Under the pieces are notes generated by a model. It was not told where the DNA came from. It ran no database searches and saw nothing but the letters and a program-made list of their open reading frames with translations. A stretch of DNA of 64,000 nt from Squalus acanthias (taxonomy: Eukaryota). Shown one piece after another: positions 10,549-22,422 of the stretch. Every line of letters begins with the position of its first letter. Position 1 is the stretch's first letter. The DNA lies in the NCBI GenBank assembly GCA_030390025.1, contig CM059431.1, positions 120,840,001-120,904,000 of the forward strand, written 5' to 3'. Made by a program: the position numbers and the translations under genes.

Positions 10549-12428
10549 CTATTTGTGTGTCTTCTTTCGCTTTTGTGTGCTTCTACGTGATGGTACGCCT
10601 GCGGCTTCAGCAAAGGTAGAGGAAGTCTCCTCACTTCCCTGCTGTGCCTGTAAAGATGCCTTTGGCGGTCGTCCTCTGGGTTTTGGAGCCTGTGAGGGTT
10701 CCGCCAAAGTCTGCTCCTCCTGTGACTGTGCAGGGGCAGACTCGGCCATCTGGGGCTCTGACTGAGGAGTTGGCAATGGGGGAGAAGTGCCAGCACTTGG
10801 AGAGGAGCCCCCACTTCCATGTCCCCTCCCACCATCTTCCCTCTCATGGACCACCCAAACTTTCCTGCTAGCAAGGAGCTGGAAAGCACCTTGCTGCACA
10901 TCAGTGGGGCGATGAGGACCCATGTCTACACTGACATCCCTCCTAGAAAGGATGTCTATGAGCCTCTGGGTTCTATCTTCCAAAAATAGGCATCTATCCT
11001 CCATAGATGCCCATCTATTTTGCATAGAGACCATGTGCTCGTGTGACTGGCACATTAGGTTCTCCATGCAGGTGGCCATCCTAGCCATGGAGGAACCTAC
11101 AGTGCGACTGTCTGCACCATGGTGGCGCTCATGTTGGAGATGGACTCTGCCATTCTCTACACACTCGCAGTCACCGCGGTCGCAAAACCAGTCAGAGCCT
11201 CCTGCACTTGTTGCTCCAGCACCAGGATTGCCCTCTTCCTTGATGGCCCCCGAGGCCCAGCGTCTGCATGCAGCTGAGTAGACCTAGGAGACTTCTGCGC
11301 CCTCCGCCGAGGAATCTCTACTGCTGACCCTGTCTCCACCATCTGCTCTTGCTCACGTATGCTGTGTGAGACACCAGGTATCAACACTACTCTATGTCAT
11401 GACGATCCCACCGAGGTCTGCATATCTGCGCTGGTGCTGGGTAGCCTTGTCTCAGATGATGCTGTGCCCTCAGAGGCTAGAGGCTCCTCGTAGGGTCCTC
11501 TTGCTGTTCCTCCTGGTCAGCGGGGGTAGCTCTTGATGGACCTGTGGGAGAGTAAAGATATCAGTTAGTTATATCATATGTAGATTGCATACCGATACCA
11601 TTATGCACATGATGAGCATTCAATGTCTCCTGACATCAGCCCCCATATGAGTGACTGATGAGTGCCGTGTAGCTGTATGGAAACTGATTCTGCCACCAGG
11701 TTGTTGTGATGAGCCCCTCTCTCCGTCCCCCACTGCCGGCTGGTTCCCCACTCCAGAGATCTCCAGGGCAGTCTCCTCCGCACTGGTGAGGATCACGAGT
11801 GATGCAGGGCCTCCTCCCATTCTCTGCCTCTCCCTCGTGTTGTGGGCTCATTTTCCATGCAAGGAGGGAAAGAAGAGAAGGTTGAGTGAGATTGATGGAA
11901 TGAGTGTAAGGAATGAATGGGTTACATGTGTAGAGGGTGACTATGATGGAGTGGGATGGCAATACCAAGTGTGTTGTTAGTTGGTATGATTGCACTAGGA
12001 TGAGGGTGAGTGTGAGGGGTGGCTAGTAAGATGGTGATGTGGTAATGTAGATACAGAGAGAGGGATGGGTGGAGGTGCAAGGGATGTTGGTGTGAGTAAG
12101 GATGCGCAGGAGTAGGGCTGGAAGGCAGAGTGATGGGGAAGTGATGACAGGCACAGCAGCATAAAGTTAAGTGTGGCTTTCTACTCATCTTTCCTGATCT
12201 CACAAGATCACTGAAGTGCTTGCGGCACTGCACCCAGGTCCTCATCACCACAGACCTGCTGGTCACCTCCTGCGCTATCTGCAGCCAGGCTGCCTTGGTC
12301 TCTTGGGGAGGTCTTTTGCGGCCACTGGCAGGGAAGAGAAACTCCCTGCGTGCTTGGACTCCCTCCACAAGAACATGAAGGGAGTCATCGGAGAACCTGG
12401 GTGCAGTCCGCTGCCTCTGTGAACTCAT
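10549..12428 (-). pseudogene. Harbinger Myb/SANT-like (trihelix) accessory protein gene, intron-containing, degenerate
   Basis: MSSQRQRTAPRFSDDSLHVLVEGV..AWLQIAQEV..RTWVQCRKHFSDL, later R..GGG motif and a low-complexity C-terminus. Convergent with the transposase at 8020. Confidence 0.8.
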
Positions 12429-13739
12429 CTGTCTTTATGTTCACTACAACCAAGGGATAACGATAGCGTCCACACTCCTAGATGAACCTTCAAATGCAAT
12501 GTGGACATGGCCCCTTTAAATATACTGGCACCAAACGCGTCAGCGCTGACATCACCAGACCTGCACCTTTTAATTGGGCCGGGCAACGTGCTGGGCGGGC
12601 GTAACAAGCCCCATTACCGGAAATTATTTTTTTGCAGTGGGATGCAGGTAGCAACGGGCTCACGGCCCGCCACGAACTCCGACAGCACCGGACTCGCACA
12701 GGTCGGGAAAATCGCGGCCATTATGAATCCTACTCATGTATAAAATAAGTTCTCTAACTTGACCTCTAAATAGTGGCATAAATTTCCTGCAAGTGTATAA
12801 AATGCAAACAATAAATAGCCACAAATTTAGCTTAGTCCTAACTTTCCTGCAGTTAATTAAGCTGTGTACTCATGACTTGTATGACTGCAAATGGTTCCTG
12901 TGATGATTAAATTAAAGCCATAGGCTGCAACTAAGGTAGTTAATCAACCCTTGGTAGCTATTTGTTGCTGAGGACACTCTAAACAATGGAAACTAATGCT
13001 AATATGCAATATTAATTGCTCTGTGATACAACATTTAAATTGATTAACTATGCGAGTGCAGCCAGAAACAACTATAATAAGATTTTTCTCAGAACCAACC
13101 AGCTTGGTTGCTGGAGGCATATATTAAAAATAAACTGCAGTTGTACTTGAATCCAAATTGGCATGTCACATATTTTCCACAGCCTAATTCTCACTCCATC
13201 AACCCTGCATCAACCACTGATAAGCTTCTTATCGCTGGTGTTCAAGCTCCTGTTGACAAGGAGCAAATGATGCAATCAACAACATTGATATTCTGTGCGA
13301 ACTTCTTGGATTGATCAAGTAAATTTATGATTCATGAGCATGATTCACTGTCAGTTTGCCAATAGTCACAGCCACCTGTAGGAAAAATTAGAAGGAAAAC
13401 CTATAGGATAGTGCTGAAGCTCTATTTTTGATATATAGAGAGATTCTCATCAACACAAAACTCTTTCTGTGTTTAAGGTGCTGATATCAAAGGCCAGGCC
13501 AGGCCAGACCAGGAGAGGACGCAAAGTGAAGAAAGGCTTCATGGCTGTGAAATATTTCCTAGTTGCTAAGCATCTAAATTGGCGAAGCAGCTAAGCTCTT
13601 GCCAAATCATTTTTTTACAACAGACTAATGCAAAAGATATACCACCATCTAGTTTAAACTGTTGATAACAAATGGTAAATGCTTACAAAGAGACTCTTCT
13701 TTTGAAAACATTTGAAAAAATACCTTCTTTGATCAGTAG

Positions 13740-16700
13740 GAGGCCAATAGGTAGCATAGTGGTAATATCACTGGGCTAGTAATCCAGAGGCCTGGACTCA
13801 TGATCCAGAGACGTGAGTTCAAATCCCACCACGGCAGCTGGGGAATTTAAATTCAGTTAATTAAATAATTCTGGAATTAGTACTAGTACCAGTAATGGTA
13901 ACCATGAAACTATCGGATTGTCGTAAAAACCCATCTGCTTCACTAATGTCCTTTAGGGAAGAAAATCTGCCGTCCTTACCTGGTCTGGCCTATATGTAAC
14001 TCCAGACCCACAGCAATGTGGTTGACTCTTAATTGCCCTCTCAAATGGTCTAGCAAGCCACTCAGTTGTAATAAACCGCTACGAAACAAAACAATAAAAA
14101 TGAAATCGGACAGATCACCTGGCATCGACCTCGGCAACGGCTACGGACACGGCAACGGCACACCCAGCTCAGTCAACCCTGCAAAGCCCTCCTCACCAAC
14201 ATCTGGGGACTTGTGTCAAAGTTGGGAGAGCTGTCCCACAGACTAGTCAAGCAACAGCCTGACATAGTCATGCTCACAAATCATACCTTTCAGCTAATGT
14301 TCCAAACTCCTCCATCACCATCTCTGGGTATGTCCTGTCCCACTGGCAGGACAGACCCACCAGGGGTGGCGGCACAGTGGTATACAGTTGGGAAGGTGTG
14401 GCCCTGGGAGTCCTCAACATTGACTCTGGACCCCATGAAGTCTCATGGCTTCAGGTCAAGCATGGGCAAGGAAACCTCCTGCTGATTACCACCAACCGCC
14501 CTCCCTCAGCTGATGAATCAGTACCATGTTGAACACCACTTGGAAGAAGCACTGAGAGAAGCAAGGGCACAGAATGTACTCTGGGTGGGGGACTTTAATG
14601 TCCATCACTAAGAGTGGCTCGCTAACAGTACTACTGACCGAGCTGGCCGAGTCCTGAAGGACATAGCTGCCAGTCTGGGCCTGCGAAGGGTGGTGAGAGA
14701 ACAAACACGAGGGAAAAACCTACTTGACCTCGTCCTCACCAATCTACCTGTCGCAGATGCATCTGTCCATGACAGTATTGGTAGCACTGACCACCGCACA
14801 GTCATTGTGGAGATGAAGTCCCGTCTTCGTACTGAGGACACGCTCCATTGTATTGTGTGGCACTTCCACCGTACTAAATGGGATAGATTCAGAACAAATC
14901 TAGCAGCTCAAAACTGGGCATCCATGAGGTGCTGTGGGCCATCAGCAGCAGTAGAATTGTATTCCACCACAGTCTGTAACCTCATGGCCCAGCATATCCC
15001 TCACTCTACCATTACTATCAAGCCAGGGACCAATATGATAGCAAAATACTGCGGATGCTGGAAAATTGAAACAACAGCAGGGACCAACCCTGGTTCAATA
15101 AGGAGTATAGAAGAGCATGCCAGGAGCAGCACCAGGCGTACCTAAAAATGAAGTGCCAACCTGGGAAAGCTGCAATACAGGACTACATGCATGCTAAAAA
15201 GCGGAAGCAGCATGCTATAGACAGGGCTAAGCGATCCCACAATCAATGGATCAGATCAAAGCTTTGCAATCCTGCCACATCCAGTCGTGAATGGTGGTGG
15301 ACCATTAAACAACTAACGGGAGGAGGAGGCTCCATGAATAGCCCCATCCTCAATGATGGTGGAGCCCAGCACGTGAGTGAAAAAGACAAGGCCGAAGCGT
15401 TGGCAAACATCTTCAGCCAGAAGTGTCAAGTGGATGATCCATATCGGCCTCCTACTGAGGTCCCCACCATCACAGAAGCCAGTCTTCAGCCAATTTGATT
15501 CACTCCACATGATCTCAAGAAACGGCTGAGCGCACTGGATACAGCAAAGGCTATTGGCCCTGACAACATCCCAGCTATCGTGCTGAAGACTTGTGCTCCA
15601 GAACTAGCCGTGCCTCTAGCCAAGCTGTTCCAGTACAGCTACAACACGGCATCTATCTGACAATGTGAAAAACTGCCCAGGTATGTCCTGTCTACAAAAA
15701 GCAGGACAAATCCAATCTGGCTAATTACCGCCCCATCAGTCTATCCTCAATCATCAGCAAAGTGATGGAAGGTGTCATCGACAGTGCCATCAAGCGGCTC
15801 TTACTCACTTATAACCTGCTCACTGATGACCACTTTGGTTTCCGACAAGACCACTCGGCTCCCGACCTCATTGCAGACTTGGTCCAAACATGGACAAAGG
15901 AGCTGAATTCCAGAGGTGAGAGTGACTGCCCTTGACAGCAAGGCAACATTTGACTGAGGAGGAGCCCTAATAAAACTGCAGTCAATGGGAATCGGGGTTG
16001 GGGGGGGGGGGCGGGGAAACTCTCCACTGGCTGGAGTCATACCTAGCAGAAAGGAAGATGGTTGTGGTGATTGAAGGTCAATCATCGCAACCCCAGGACA
16101 TCACTGCAGGAGTTCCTCAGGGTGTGTCCTTGGCCCAACCATCTTCTGCTGCTTCATCAATGAACTTCCTTCCAACAGAAGGTCAGAAATGGGGATGTTC
16201 GCTGATGACTGCACAGTGTTCAGTGCCATTCACAACTCCTCAGATAATGAAGCAGTCCATGCCCGCATGCAACAAGACCTGGATGACGTTCAGGCTTGGG
16301 CTGTTAAGTGGCAGGTAACATTCGCGCCACAGAAGTGCTAGGCAATGACTATCTCCAACAAACGAGAGTCTAAACACCGCCCCTTCACATTCAATGACAT
16401 TACCATCGCTGCATCCCCCACCATCAACATCCTGGGGGTCACCATTGACCAGAAACTTAACTGGACCAGCCACATAAATACTACGGCAACAAGAGCAGGT
16501 CAGAGGCTAGGTATTCTGTGGTGAGTGTCTCACCTCCTGACTCTCCAAAGCCTTTCTACCATCTACAAGGCACAAGTAAGGAGTGTGATGGAATACTCCC
16601 CACTTGCCTGGATGAGTGCAGCTCCAACAACACTCAAGAAGCTCGACACCATCCAGGACAAAGCAGCCCGCTTGATTGGCATCCCATCCACCACCTTAAA

Positions 16701-17112
16701 CATTCACTCCCTCCACCACCAGGCGTACCGTGGCTGCAGTGTGTACCATCTACAAGATGCTCTGCAGGAACTCGCCAAGGCTTCTTTGGCAGCACCTCCC
16801 AAACCCGTGTCCTCTTCCACCTAGAAGGACAAGGGCAGCAGACACATGGGAACACCATCACCTCCAAGTTCCCCTCCAAGTCACACACCATCCTGACTTA
16901 GAAGTATATCGCCAATCCTTCATTGTTGCTGGGTCAAAATCCTGGAACTCCCTACCTAACAGCACTATGGGAGTACCTTCACCACACAGACTGCAGCGGT
17001 TCAAGAAGGCGGCTCACCACCACCTTCTCAAGGGCAATTAGGGATGGGCAATAAATGCTGGCCTTGCCATCGACACCCACATCCCATAAAAATGAATACA
17101 TTTAAAAAAAAA
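13740..17112 (+). mobile_element. Near full-length CR1/L2-group non-LTR retrotransposon (APE endonuclease + RT, frameshifted) with tRNA-like 5' head
   Basis: APE start TNIWGL..QPDIVML, GDFN, LLDLVLTN, TDH. RT motifs GPDNIP, NYRPISL, GVPQG, FADD, YKAQVRSVMEYS. A-rich tail at 17100-17112. A/B boxes at 13752-13762 and ~13815-13826. Confidence 0.88.
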
Positions 17113-17744
17113 TGTAAATCCTTGACCCAGATTGATAGACATTGAAGCAAGGTTTTGCAATAGATACAAGGCGCAGAGATTTTCAGTAAATACACCAGAA
17201 AGGGAATACTCCAGTTCTAAGGAATAAATTATTTACAGTTCAAGTTGCCCAATTTATTTTTGTTTTTTGAGACATAAGGAAATAATTTTGCCATAAGCTC
17301 TTGGGGGATTTTTGAGATTTTGTTAGACACAGAACCAGAATGTAATTTGACATGAAAAGCAAAAAGAACTCAATTCTGTTCAGTGAGAAGTAGTAAATAT
17401 TTTCAAAGTACAAGAAATATAGAGTAACAGACAAAAAGCAACATTGAGGATGCCTGATAAAGTGGAAATGATGGATGATTGTGATGAACTCTGAGAAGAC
17501 ATAACCTTGATGCAATTAGCAATACATCAGAGAGAAAGAAGTAACCAGCACAAAATGGAGAGAGATGGAAATAACTGTTTGCAATGGAAGATTCAATGTT
17601 CCTGCTCACAACTGTTAAACTTCCAAGCTTCTGGCCACTTTCTAATTCCATCTTTATCACATGAGAAATGATAATCATAACATCACTGAGTGCAATACAA
17701 CACATCTACGGTTTATGTTACAAATTTGTGCTGCAGAGCTTCAT

Positions 17745-18267
17745 GGCTATGGGGATAGAGCGGGGGAATGGGACTGACTGGATTACTCTACAGAGAGCCG
17801 GCACAGACTCGATGGGCCGAATGGCCTCCTTCTGTGCCGTTATGACTCTATAAGCTGGGGTTGTTCTCCTTAGAGCAGAGAAGATTGAGAGCAGATTTGA
17901 TAGAGGTGTTCAAAGTCATGAGGGCTCTGGACAGAGTAAATAGAATGAAACTGTTCCCATTGGCAGCAGGGTCAAGAACCAGAGGACACAGATTCAAGGT
18001 GATTGGCAAAAGAACCAAAGGCGATGTAAGAAAAAACTTTTTTACGCAGCGCGTGGTTAAGATCTGAAATGCGCTGCCTGAAAGGCTGGTGGAGGCAGTC
18101 TCAATCTTATTTTTCAAAAGGGACTTGGATAAGTATCTGAAGGAAAAAAAATTGCATGGCTACAGGGAAAGGGCGGGTGAGTGGAACTAGCTGAATTGCT
18201 CTTGCAGAGAGCTGGCACAGGCTCAACGGGCCGAATGACCTTCTTCTGTGCTGTAACCATTCTATGA
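17745..18267 (+). mobile_element. CR1 (HER1-like) LINE 3' fragments
   Basis: FSLEQRRLRADLIEVFK..LFP..TRGHRFKV..FFTQRVV plus CR1 3' UTR ending ATTCTATGATTC. Confidence 0.85.
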
Positions 18268-19059
18268 TTCACCTGACAGGAGCACACACTCCGTGCAATT
18301 CGGGCAAAAAGTTCCTTTGCTGAACCCTGACCTTCATGCTTCAAGTCCCGAAAATTGCCTAGACTCCCAGCAGGGAAGGCTCCTTGCAGGTAATGCAAGT
18401 GCACAACTCCACCCTCTTATCAATGTTTATTTTAAATTGTTCTTCGGATGCGGGTGATGCGAGCAAGGCCATTTTTATTGCCCATTCCCAGTTGCCCTAA
18501 GAAGTGCTGCAGTCTTTGTGGTGATGATGCTCTTATTTGTATTCCTGGAGTTCGACAAGAACTGCTGTACCCAAAGTGGACAGTGAGTGATGACTTACAC
18601 AATTAATATCTTAAAATAATTGTTTTATGTGCGAGTGTTTATAAGAACTACTTTGTTACTTCATTAGGTTAAGGAAAAGTTAACACATTAAAATATTTAA
18701 TTGCAAAAATGTTCCCAAGAGAGTATCATCAAAATAAATACTTGTAAGTCTTGAATGCATTATACAGGTTGATTTAGTGATGCTAGCTTAAACAAAACCG
18801 TCGCAACTGCTGTGCGGTGGCCAAATCGCATCCTGGCAAAGTGCTAAGCTGGCACGGTCTGTTCATAAATATCATGTAAGTATACTCCCTGCACCACTTA
18901 AAGAAAGGATTATGACTAAGAGACAAAATCTAAGGCTCAAAATGATTTAAAAATATACATTTTGGTCTTTCCAAAGGTCATATGGGGAGGGGCTAAAAGG
19001 TGACAGGTGACAACAAAAGAAAACACACCACTAAGGTACAAACCAGAGTTAATAGGAAG

Positions 19060-19330
19060 TTGCTAAAAATGGTGCTGCACCTAACATCCTGTATGATGGC
19101 TGGCAAAGTGGACATAATGCTGCTTGAGGTGGGTGCAAGGAAGGTTGTTCTGTTCTTCACTCCAGGACACCCTCCCCACAAGATGCCAGTGTACAATACA
19201 TGTCAGGAAATGGTGGCCAGGCTGAAAGCTGTTTACAGTGCTTGCTGTACCTGGAGACTGTTCTGGGAGAAGACGGCACTTGTTAAGGAATCTGGCAAAC
19301 GAAGAACAGTACCATAATCCTGAAAGATGG
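19060..19330 (+). pseudogene. Degenerate Harbinger Myb/SANT-like exon
   Basis: LLEVGARKVVLF..G.PP...EMVARLKAV..CTWR resembles the Myb-like exon 1 at 12428 and 47451. Confidence 0.45.
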
Positions 19331-19992
19331 CCCAAGACTGCATGCCTGTCACCCTGTTCCACGTATACTGCTCACCAATGCCGAACCCTCACACACCTTA
19401 GCAGCTCTTTCACGGCTTCTCATGCAGACCCATACCTAGGCAGGGCACACATCCAACATGCAACGTACAACTGAAAGCCTTATTACACTCACATTTTCAA
19501 GTGTTTCAAGCATCAAACCACTGTAAAACAAACAAACAGTCACTTCTGGGTGCCCAAGGAAAGGTTTTAGATTGAGCACATGGCAGCCACCAGTGAATCC
19601 TTTACTTTGGAAATTGCAGCTGTGTAGTGAGACATTGGCCAGCTATATAATTCTATCCAGTAGGAAAGGAGATGAAAGTGCTGGCCATTTTGAACAGCAC
19701 ATCAGTTATGTGATTGACGCTTGTGTGGACAACACGTTAGCTGATATTTCAGTGCTAGCCAGGAATGAGCTGAAGGCATAAACGTTAAGGATGCTGCTGA
19801 CCGGGGCACTGTTGACCAACCATTGTCTTTATCTGCAGGTGTCCTTGCTGCAGCTGTCAAAGCTCTGCACCAGGCTCCCTACTTATCTGCAATCTGAGGC
19901 AGTTGTTCTCAGTCATTAGCAGGTTGGTGTGCGAAGCACTGCCGATAAAGTGTGGCGTCTGCTGATTTCCCTGGAATATCTTTTATCACCTT

Positions 19993-21679
19993 TGTAAGGG
20001 GTTCGGTCGTAGGTGCTGGTGCGGGGTTAGGCCTTCGTTGCCTAATACTATTGCTTGCTCTGGTCTCCGGCCAGCCTTGTTGCAATAAGCACCTGTGAGT
20101 GGTTCGACCCACTCGCCCTTACGGTTCTAACACTGGACTTAGGTGCGAGAGCAGTAATGCAGAGAAAAACTCCCGGTAGAATAGTACGAAATGGAAATCT
20201 TTATTGCATAGCATCCAAAATCATGAAGTACATGTCATAGGCACAAATTAATGACAGTACAAGTATACATACATTCATAAAACTTGGTCTAGGGTAATGA
20301 GGAACGCACGGCATATCGTAAAAAAGGGAACACATTATATTTATCCTTAATAAAACCACCCTCCCCTATCAATACCTACACTAATCTAGATTTGTAGGAT
20401 CGGGAAACATGCTCACCACTCGTGATACTTTGGAGAATTTTAAACGAGGCACTCGGCTTGTTTTGCTGCAACACCTGACTGTCACGTGTTGGAAGGGGTC
20501 TCTGTACCCCACTTGTTTATCTTCTCTGCTCCGGCTAGCAGGCTGGGCTCCCCGTTGTCATGAAGAACTTGACAGTGCTCGGGGCCTGGCTGTAGAACTC
20601 AAAGAAAAGTCTTTCTGGACCGACACCAGTTAACCGGTAAAATTCAAAGAAGAGTCTTCCTGTATTGACACCGGTTGTCGATAGAATTCGAAAGAGAGTC
20701 TTCCATTGGTTCGACAGCAACCTGATAGAGTTCAAAAATGGTCGTTATATTTACGGGCGCGGTCGGGGTTTACTGACCGCGACGGCACGTGGATTCTTGT
20801 TCTTTTCTTCTCATCTCGTCTTGTCGGGCCTTCGGGTCCAAAACACCGTTTACCGACGCTCGGGATGGTGCACCTGGTCACTGGCCTTCGTCGGGGCGGC
20901 TCGTTCTGCTTGAGCTCCACCCAACATTCGAGTAACCGTCCAGCACGGCTAGAGTCCAGAAGCAACAGATGGCTGCTCGTCCAGCAGAATTCAGCCTGAG
21001 TCAAGAGTCCGCAGAGATAAGAGCACGAATCAAGGGAATAAGAGACCGATGGACATTTGTTGTCTATAGTTATAGTGCTGGGTTCCCTTATCTCCTGCCC
21101 AAATCTTAATGTTCATCTTTTGTAAAATCTTGGCGCTCAAAATTCCCAGTATGGGGTGATTCTTGTTTGTAATGGGTTTCGGTAGCACCTGAGACTGGCC
21201 AACTACCCGTTAATGTTTTTCCCATTGTGGAACCGGCTAGGAGCCTCCCTGACGGGGTTTTGGGGGCATCCGAATACTTGTGTAAGCACCCGAGAATGGC
21301 TCTCTCATTGTAGAGCCGTGGGGAATTTGCGTATTGATGTACCTGGATGGGCCTTCAATTGCCCAGTACAATGGTCCTTACTTGTGCATGGAAAACGATT
21401 CCAGCACTTATATCTCTTGCTATTGTGTCGAATGCAGACAGGTTGCATCCTGTCTTTATCAGTGTTTGCTGCGTATTAACCAATCTTATACTGAAATGTT
21501 TATTCGAACGCCATCTTGTCTGCCCACTGAAAATTCTGGAAGCTTCTGCCACGAGGCGACGGCCATTTTACAGGCTTCTGTGTCCTGTTTAATCATGACA
21601 GCATTTCGTTGAAATAAAATTGATGAAACGAATCTGCTTTATCTCGTTATTTCGAATCTCGATAATTGCGAATTTTACA
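19993..21679 (-). mobile_element. Complete solo LTR (1,687 bp) of the env-element LTR family
   Basis: TG...CA termini. 4-bp TSD CCTT at 19989-19992 and 21680-21683. Homologous to 2485-4154 and 4155-5393. Confidence 0.9.
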
Positions 21680-21754
21680 CCTTGTATCCCTTGAATCAGG
21701 AAACAACTGCATTTGAAGTCCTTTTAAAAACAAATTTATTGTAAGCACTACACA

Positions 21755-22110
21755 ACAGAACTGCCATTTATATATCACTCTTAACGACTTCAGGACATCT
21801 CAAAGTGCAGTCACTGCTTTAGTGTAAGAAACTTGGCAGTCAAATTGTGCGCAGCAATGTCCCACAAACAGTACTGGGATAATGACCAAATGTAATGTTG
21901 GTTGAGAGATAAATATTGTCCATGACACCAGGAGAACTCTCCTGCTCTTCTTCATCTTTTAAGTCCACTCGGTTTAACATCTCATTCGAAAGACGGCACC
22001 TCTGACAGTGCAGCACCCTTAGTACTGCACTGAAGTACTAGCCTAGATTAAGAATTCCTTGGAGTGGGATTTGAACCCACAACCTTCTGATTCAGAGGCA
22101 AGAGTGCTAA
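21755..22110 (-). mobile_element. Deu-domain tRNA SINE (SacSINE1-like), degenerate
   Basis: Matches the copies at 41208-41650 and 55183-55630. Confidence 0.7.
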
Positions 22111-22383
22111 ATAAAAATTGGGCCTCCAAAAAAGGTTCCAGTGTGGCGGATCGCCACCTAAACGGGCATAACCCACTTTTCCGTCTGTGGACAATATATC
22201 GGTGAACCTTCCCTTTAAGGCAGCTTACCTTTAAGACAGGAGTGGTCGGGGCTTCAGGGTTTTTCCAGAGAATTCTGGGAGCAGCTTTCTCAGCCATTTT
22301 TGTGTGCCATGCAGTGAATTAAAGTTTCTTGTTTTCCACATATGGATTCAGCCTCCATTCGTGTTTCGCGGCAGCCTCAACAT

Positions 22384-22397
22384 TGGTGACCCCGACG
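22384..22397 (+). other. Primer binding site (tRNA-Trp)
   Basis: TGGTGACCCCGACG one base after the 5' LTR end. Confidence 0.9.
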
Positions 22398-22422
22398 CTC
22401 AGAACGTATTCCGAGCACTGCA

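Larger units (their letters stand above)
8020..12719. mobile_element. Harbinger transposon 1 (left end truncated)
   Basis: Convergent transposase and Myb-like genes. Right terminus ..GGGAAAATCGCGGCC at 12705-12719 matches the GGCCGCGATTTT MITE end at 56543. Confidence 0.75.

Noticed and set aside
13750..13835. Possible tRNA gene
   Set aside because: Only A/B-box-like motifs; runs into a retroposon body and recurs at 58150, so it is a SINE/LINE head.
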